64,000 nt of DNA from Iphione sp. A-MEVVRFRX5 (Eukaryota). The DNA is taken from contig OZ320321.1 in assembly GCA_976226885.1 (NCBI GenBank), positions 51,832,001 to 51,896,000 of the forward strand, in the 5' to 3' direction. This document shows, in pieces, positions 57,536 to 64,000 of the stretch. The translations under genes were made by a program, and so were the position numbers. Within the stretch, counting starts at the first letter, position 1. Every line of letters begins with the position of its first letter. Below the pieces are notes generated by a model, which was given only the letters and a program-made list of their open reading frames with translations, did no database searches and was not told the DNA's origin.

Positions 57536-59872
57536 TTACTGACCCTCATTATCTTTGGTCAACGGATTAGTTAGGTATACCAGGTTCTTGGTGCTTACGG
57601 CGTTTCCGGAAGACGTTTGTACGTTTGAGACATAGTTAAAGCATAGATCACAGGGGAGACCGAACCAGGGGGCAGTGCAAGATTTCAAATTGCAAGTTTC
57701 AAGCTTCAAGTTCTCTGTTTTACTTCTCAGATAACTGTGATCAAGCAAGGTCTTCCGGTGAAATAACAAAATAGAAATAGACAAATATATGAGAAAGAGA
57801 TACAATGGCAATGCAGGAAAACAAATAGTGTCCCTCATTGTTACAATGAATGATTAGCACATAATGGTTAAACATCATCACAAACCTTGATTGCAATAGC
57901 ATAAACATTGGAATTTATAACACATAAGAGTCATAGACCGTGGGAAGGTTTCTTCATCATGGCCATAAAATTAATTACAAGACTTCTAATTAGCAAAGTA
58001 CTCCATATATAGTGCTTTAAACTTATCTAGGAACATTGTTTCATGTTCATTGGTAAGGAGTTCCAGCTACTTATGCCATTATACCAGGATAATGATCTTG
58101 CAAGAGATATTGTCCTTACATTCGCCCAATATGTACATATACATTGTACTATGAATCAGACATAGTAACTGTTTGTTTCCAATAGCTTCATAAGAGCATA
58201 AATTGGTTTTCTTTTGTAGTGAAATAGCATTACATTGATGTGTGGGGCTTTTTTGAAGAAAGCCTTTTATCATTCTGGCACATAAAAGTTTTCAGTCGAT
58301 CCAGCATTTGCCTACCGGTATTTAATATTGTGGTAGACATTGCACCATGATCCATCTGGCATGGACACTGCATCATCAATAGCTAGTTGTACCAGAGCTT
58401 GATATGCTGCTTCCATGATCTGTGATTGTGAAATATGATGACCCTTTTGTGAAAGCCTTTTAGGGCTCTGTCTCTATATAAAAAAAGAGTCAACTGTGAA
58501 TAATTAGACATTCTCTCCCTATATTTCAAGAGAGAGAGACCCATGCATGTTGATATTGTGTATTGGATGAACCAGATATTACTTAATTCTTTTATTCTAA
58601 AAACATTCTATTTAGCTGCCAACCTAATTCTTCATCTTTAAAACATGTTACATTATGAAAGCCAGACTAAAGTCGTAGGTTGGAATAGTAACAGAATTGA
58701 AGACCCAGTGCTCTATCTTAAAGGGGAAGTATCTGGCCATTTTGAGCAGGTGGTAGCCCCTAGATTTAGTCTTGTTTATCATACCCCATAACATAGTTTT
58801 CCTATTTAGTTAACTACTGTAAAATCTGAAGATTTTATCATAATTTCTCTCTTTATGCTATTACCCAAGAATGATATTTCTAGGTTAAAGGATCTACTTT
58901 TTCCAAAACACGTGACATGTTTTATTTACATTCAGCTTAAGCCAGACCAGCTAGACAAAACTTTGACTCCGCTTTGTAACTCGAGCCTTAATGCTTAGTA
59001 TATTCGAGGCAGCACAATAAATAGTTCATCAACAAACAGCAAAGAATAGCTGATGTATTTCTGTATACAGATGTTGTCTGATGAGACCAAAGTGTGGGAG
59101 TGACCAGAATTTGTGTATCATGAAATCTTCCCACATGGTGGTCCGGATCATGATATGCATATCACAGTGCAGAGAACATAATAGAATAGAACTTTGTGGA
59201 TAAGATACCGTTTTCATGGAAACTGAAGCACATTGGTAGAAAATGTGCAGTTTTGTTTATGGAAATCAAAGCATATCAGTGGAAACTGTGCAGTTTTTTT
59301 GTAAATGATACGCAAATTAGAAATAATTTAAAATCAACTAACATATGTTAGCTGTTCCTCTAGTGTCCTTTGCTTTTACAGTGCATATAACCCGTACACA
59401 TGGAAAGGCCAGCCCGCCACCTGGTATGTGGTGTGCAGATTCCCTGTTGTCCAGCCCTACATGCAGATTCTCAACCCAAGTGCATGGAAATTGCCGCTTA
59501 CAGCTTTGTTTTGTGAAACATCCACAGGATTCAGCCAGTTTGCACAGTAATACCACAAAGTTCCTCTGGCCAACACTGGAGCCGTTTTAGAAAAATATGC
59601 CAATCTTTATTCACCGAGAGCTTCCGTCTTAAAAAAGATCTTTTATCACAAGATGTAATGGCATTCCAGTTATACGGGAGGGGAGACTGAGACAGCAGAC
59701 TAGGGTTAGATGTCTGGGGCAGCGCTATATCAATACTGTTAGCCACATTCATCACTGGTGCACGGACACTGAACAAATTGTGAGGGGACCCAGGCGGTAT
59801 CAGACACTTATGGACAGACAAACCCACCTTACACTCACGGCTGGGACGATAGGGCGAGAAGTTGGCCGACAC
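57536..59872 (-). pseudogene. Decayed nAChR-like copy at the start of the array, plus a signal-peptide-like exon of the next copy
   Basis: The exon from the acceptor actttcAG (59874-59873) reads VRAPVMNVANSIDIAL...VNKDWHIFLKRLQCWPEELCGIT (compare VRPVxNxS..V and QEWxDxKLRWNPEDYGGIT). ORF 58079-58273 has LLCLIHSTMYMYILGECKDNISCKIIILV (M1-M2). ORF 57536-57838 has a hydrophobic leader. Confidence 0.65.
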
Positions 59873-61294
59873 CTGAAAGTAGCTGGGAGCATCCCCGCCC
59901 GGTGAAAGTAAGGAATCATGTTATCGAAATCTGATCCGTTCAGTACACGGAAGAGTTCCTATATTACATGGTGTGCGTTGTCTAGTTATCTTCCCTGCGC
60001 ACCTCACGGTCACGCCTGTCAACCGGTGCTAATGGTACACAGACGCAACGCACTTGTGTGCCCCTGCGTGTACACGTACAAATATGTGTATACATTAGCC
60101 AGCGGGGGACTTGGGTAGGCCATTATTTCCAGCGGGAGACTGTTGAGTACAACGGCTATAGATCAGTCGGGAAGCTGTTTAGCAAAGCTTTCTAAATGGG
60201 CCGAACGCTTGGCCGTTGGTGGTCGTGCAATTAACGAGATGTAACAGAAATTAGTTGCAGTCAACATTTGGAATGTCATCCAATGGTCATTTTTTGACTC
60301 CGTGAAAATGCAAGGTGTTCTGTCATTCATAAGTAAAGTGCTTGCTTAATTTTATTCGTCATCCTAGACGAAAATTAACAATTGACAAAATGATTTATAA
60401 CGAAGACGATGACATAATTTGTGATCTTCTGGTGATTCCTGAAGGTTTTGGTAAGGAATATTTCGTATTCCTGTCACCCGTTCTTTTTCATATGAAACAT
60501 ATGCATGTATATCGCATAGGAGTGCTTGGTGATGACAGGTATAAAGGATTAGTTTGTACTTGATTGGCTTCTTGCATGACTTGGATTTCTTATTTATGAG
60601 CTACATGTTCGGATTTGAACCGTGAGACATTATAGACGTGCTGCATAATATGACCTAAGAGTCATTAGCTTCATCTTTGAAAGGTCGTTTAGGCCCACGC
60701 CAAAAACATCCCTTTAAGCAGAGGTTCAGGTGAATGAGGCAAAGGAGGAGGATGATATCGGAACAGTTTTCCTTATTAACGGGATATTGGCGTGGCTTCA
60801 GCTTAAGATTTTAGATGCATGCGTTCTACCGTAACTTTGAACACCGTCACCTTCAATGATATTAACTGCTGAAGTCTTATGTGTGATTCGTTATAAATTC
60901 TCTTTCTGAATCTGTCTTACAGGTACAGGATCAGGTGACGGTCCCATTAGACCGTACTGTAATCGGACAAGCATTCCCATCAGAGGGTAATAAGACAATT
61001 TAGCCGTGTTTCCCACAGCCATTTGCCACAGAAAGTGACTCCATGGACGTAGCCTTCTGTGTTAATCCGGAAGCCCTCGGGCTTTGTGTATGATTAGGTC
61101 GTCCGCTGTTCCACCTCCAGCATTCCGTCCACCAGGGACAGACGGGAATGAGCAACGTGCTGTTGAATGTATTGAGAGCAGAGGCTGTCTTCGGAAATCA
61201 TTGGTGGCTATTACCCATTAAAGTTGGGCCACCAGCTTGAGGAGCGATCAGTGGCGTTTAAAATTTAAATAGCCCTAAAGCACGCAAGTCCATT

Positions 61295-61968
61295 ATGCCT
61301 GGCGGATATCACCGGCCTGTGTCGCCTGTACCGCGGCCGCGTTCGCCGCATCATTCGCCACAGCACCAGCCAGGCCGTCGCAACAGCCCTGGACATCGGT
61401 CGCCGCACGGTAGCGGGCACAGCTCCCCGCACTACGGCCACTCGGGCCACGCCTCTTCTCACCAAGGTCACGCGTCGCCGCATCACGGTCACGGCTCAAC
61501 GCGTCACGGTCACGGTTCGCCTCATCACGGCCACGCCTCGCCGCACCACCACGGCTACGGAGTGCCCAGTAACAGACACGCCGAACAAGGCAGCCACTAT
61601 CAAGCTGTGTCGGCGCCACCGCCGTCGTCATCGTCGTCGTCGTCATCGTCTCCTCCCACTGCGGCTGCCGGCTCCCACCATCACGCCATCCATCAGAGGC
61701 CAGTGTCGCCGCGCCTTCCCGCTCGAGGCAGCCCGGTCGGCGCGCCGGCTTCACGCGCAGTGCCCGACGGCGGTCCTACACCGGAAATGGCCGCCGCACA
61801 GATGCCCATTGCCACCTCGCGCCAGCCGCGCGAGCGCGCCAACCGCCACCGGCCGCCCGTCAAACGTATCCAGAGGCAAGACAGCCGTTGCATGGCGATC
61901 CACAAGAGTTATGACGACGACAAGATCGTCTTGCCAACCGGCCTCCCCGTTGATTACGCCAACTGCCA
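61295..61968 (+). CDS. His/Ser/Pro-rich coding exon (about 225 aa) of an unidentified gene; continues after a phase-2 intron
   Basis: ATG at 61295 in a GC-rich stretch with a strong GC3 bias, and a donor CA|GTGAGT at 61969. A possible upstream UTR acceptor tcttaCAG lies near 60921. The low-complexity N-terminus is followed by the complex segment RQDSRCMAIHKSYDDDKIVLPTGLPVDYANC. The product is not recognised. Confidence 0.75.
61448..61555 (+). repeat. In-frame 21-nt tandem repeat encoding H(A/G)SPHHG-type heptads (5 copies)
   Basis: Units start at 61448, 61469, 61490, 61511 and 61532: HASSHQG HASPHHG HGSTRHG HGSPHHG HASPHHHG. Confidence 0.9.
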
Positions 61969-64000
61969 GTGAGTATCCTCATTTATTTCTGACTTGTACT
62001 GAACGGCTTTCGATGGAGTGGGCTCGCGCATAAATGAAACCCGTAATATAAGAAAGAATTCAGCGCGAACACGCGAAGTGCACATTTGCTTTTCTCGGTT
62101 ACCCGTGGTTTCAGCAGTCACCGCAAACGTCTTCAAACCTGCATTTCCATATACTACTCTCGATTTTGGCCCGGGGATGCGCACTATATACTACTTACTC
62201 ACTTGTTTTCATATGCACATTATGAGAAGGGCAATATTTCATTACACATGCTTTACACACGGCGCTATTAGACAATTTCGCATGTGATACAGACTTTCCG
62301 ATGCAGTACCGAAATTTTCAACTGACACGGCCTGTGAAACATGAAGAAACCTGAATACATTGCTAACGTAAGAAAATAAGTAAGATAAGAAAATAAATAA
62401 CAGCAGGCAGAAGATTTCAATGACGTCTGAATTTTACATAATTAATTTTGCATGTTTGGTATGAATAATTGCGGTTTTTGTATTTGAAGAGAATTTTTGG
62501 AATAATTTATTTGACGAGTGCCATTGATCCAGATTTTGGGTGGACCGACAGGCACGAAACTCAAAAACGGTAAAATCCGAATCGTGTAGCATTGCCAATA
62601 CTTTTAACAGTTACCCGCCTAGAAACAGGTACAAGGAAAGAAGTTCTCATATTTGAGCCTTCATTCATGCGCATTTTATCGGAACAAGAAACAATACCTG
62701 CGTAAATAAGAAATGTATGGAAAGAATCGTTGTTTTGGAGGATTCAGGCCAAACATATTAGCTAAGTGCTCTTTTTTAATGCAGGTAATTAATTGAGTGC
62801 TTTTAAAGTAGGCTTCACACTCCTCCTCCCTACACAAGATCGTTATTTGAGAACCTTAACGATAAAACAGCACATAAAGTAAGGACACTTCATTGATTCT
62901 ATGCCCATCCGCAATCTACCGTAAAACCTCAGTATTACGTCACCTCACTATAGCAGTACCCTCACTATAGCAGGCATAATTGTCAGGAACAGATTTTTGT
63001 ACTTCAATGCTTCATCTTAAGTGAGAACAATGCTTCATATTATGTGAAAAATGAGATGCATGATGATGAAAATTGGCGTGACTAAAATCCCTAGTCTTTG
63101 GGCTCCCTGCCCAAAGACTAGGGCATTACTGAACAGGCGGAGATGCATAACGTTTTTTGTTTGAACATTTATTTCATCTGGCATTCCAAATGGTGTCAGG
63201 ACATAGGTGCATACATAGTTTAACACATAGCTTATGGAAGGATTTTGTCCTCGCGGTCAAATTTACTCCAAAGGTTAATTGCAAAGTAATGTGATCCTTT
63301 TCATGCATAATTAATTTCGGTCATTCCTGTGTTACATATGTACCAGTTAATTGTTTGATTTAACCTTTGTAATTCTCTATGGCCTCAAAGTTTCGGCGAT
63401 TTCATTCGTCAAAGTCAGGCGATGTCTGCCTAGCTAGTTGACAGTTCCTCCCTCCCCCCCCACCCCCGTACTGCAAATGGTGTTTTGTTGCTTGGATCCT
63501 GGGAAGAGGCTTAACCATGTACAAACAGGTGAGCCTCGTAAATACAATCCGGGCGGGGCCTCCGCTGCATAGTAAAGCATCGAGCAGCATTTAACAAGTC
63601 GGCACTTTGTCCGCAGCTTTTGTGTTAAGTGACAGCAACAGCACGCAACCATTACTCGCTTACCACCAAATCCAGGCGCGGCAGGTAGTCGGACACGGCC
63701 TTCCTCTAAGGCTTTCTACTTGGGCAAACTGAGAACTCTTAAAGGGCGTCGAATAAACCGATATTTAACAGGTCTGACGGCGCAGCCAGACGTGATATGT
63801 GGGAAAAAAAAGGGTTTGATGTAAATGCACATTGGGTGTTGTCAGGAAATCAACTGGATATTGAGACAGTAGAAATGCTATATTAGTTCGGTTGTTTAAA
63901 AAAAATTGAATTTCGGATTGAGTTTGTCGCTTGGATTGTAGGCATTGTTTTTGGCCCGCGAGTAGGTCATTGCTATGCCGTTAGATACTATGATGTAGGA

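Noticed and set aside
62230-63400. AT-rich intronic stretch with ttaattttgcat/aattaattatgcat motifs suggestive of a common non-autonomous DNA element
   Set aside because: No TIRs or target duplication could be identified by eye, so a repeat-library search is needed.

Overview
Eukaryotic, intron-containing invertebrate DNA. It is probably a cephalochordate (amphioxus-like), but that is only an inference from sequence style and repeat families. There is one assembly gap (N run 2115-2251). (1) 504-2949 (+): the last five coding exons of an NF-kB p105/p100-type precursor (final ankyrin repeats with acidic insert, death domain, tail with a degron-like motif); all splice phases are compatible. (2) About 5.2-59.9 kb (-): what looks like empty intergenic DNA is a heavily decayed, same-strand tandem graveyard of Cys-loop (nicotinic acetylcholine receptor-like) pseudogene fragments. 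I estimate roughly 15-20 partial copies by eye, with many stops and frameshifts. (3) About 30422-36660 (-): a young, apparently full-length CR1/L2-group (Crack/Daphne-like) non-LTR retrotransposon with three intact ORFs. ORF1 has a coiled coil, an L1-type RRM-like domain and a NADAR/YbiA domain whose catalytic Glu/Lys positions appear substituted. A separate SGNH esterase ORF lies in frame behind a TAG-TGA double stop. ORF2 is APE-RT. This is the most striking system in the window. (4) Older mobile DNA: a dead Tigger/pogo element containing a Harbinger-type MITE, a decayed LINE RT fragment, a possible MITE and a Penelope-type hammerhead remnant. (5) 61295-61968 (+): a His/Ser/Pro-rich coding exon of an unidentified gene that continues past this exon. 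All homology calls come from motif recognition by eye; no database searches were run, and pseudogene boundaries are approximate.
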